This document shows, one piece after another, positions 63,981-64,000 of a stretch of 64,000 bases of DNA; position 1 is the stretch's first letter; each line of letters opens with the position of its first letter. The DNA lies in NCBI GenBank assembly GCA_963719035.1, contig CAVRAO010000012.1, positions 258,180 through 322,179 of the forward strand, given 5' to 3'. The stretch is from Methanobacteriota archaeon (GTDB lineage: Archaea; Halobacteriota; Bog-38; Methanoflorentales; Methanoflorentaceae). The notes below the pieces were generated by a model. That model saw only the letters and a list, made by a program, of their open reading frames with translations, had not been told where the DNA came from and ran no database searches. The position numbers were made by a program, and so were the translations under genes.

Positions 63981-64000
63981 TTCACTTTGCTGTTAAAGTG

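Overview
Archaeal chromosomal window. Evidence: PolD large subunit, Orc1/Cdc6, an Ftr-like protein, TrmB regulators, DUF1890/DUF2769-type proteins and GGAGGTG-type RBSs. It is most consistent with a methanogen-related Halobacteriota lineage (inference). About 1-41 kb is accessory: redox/flavin proteins, a TrmB triplication, transporters and decayed genes. About 42-60 kb is core-like: sufCB, NDP-sugar synthase, cdc6, polC, a GT4 and PEP carboxykinase. The most striking feature is a ~10.6 kb island (15729-26331) bracketed by a 20-bp imperfect direct repeat that lies in phage-terminase-derived sequence. It carries a NucA-type nuclease, a metacaspase, a papain-like protease, a Pepco/Trypco-like small protein, a RipA/8xMP-like membrane protein and a membrane metallophosphoesterase. 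It also carries three TIR proteins: two membrane-anchored ones whose catalytic Glu is replaced by Gln, and a soluble TIR-TPR that keeps the Glu. Other highlights are a split McbB/cucumopine-synthase-like Pictet-Spenglerase gene pair, an unannotated His-rich peptide coupled to a PadR gene, and single-base frameshifts clustering at GTAC (probably methylation-linked long-read errors). No rRNA, tRNA, CRISPR array, transposase or integrase was seen. All family assignments come from motif recognition and recalled sequences, not database searches.
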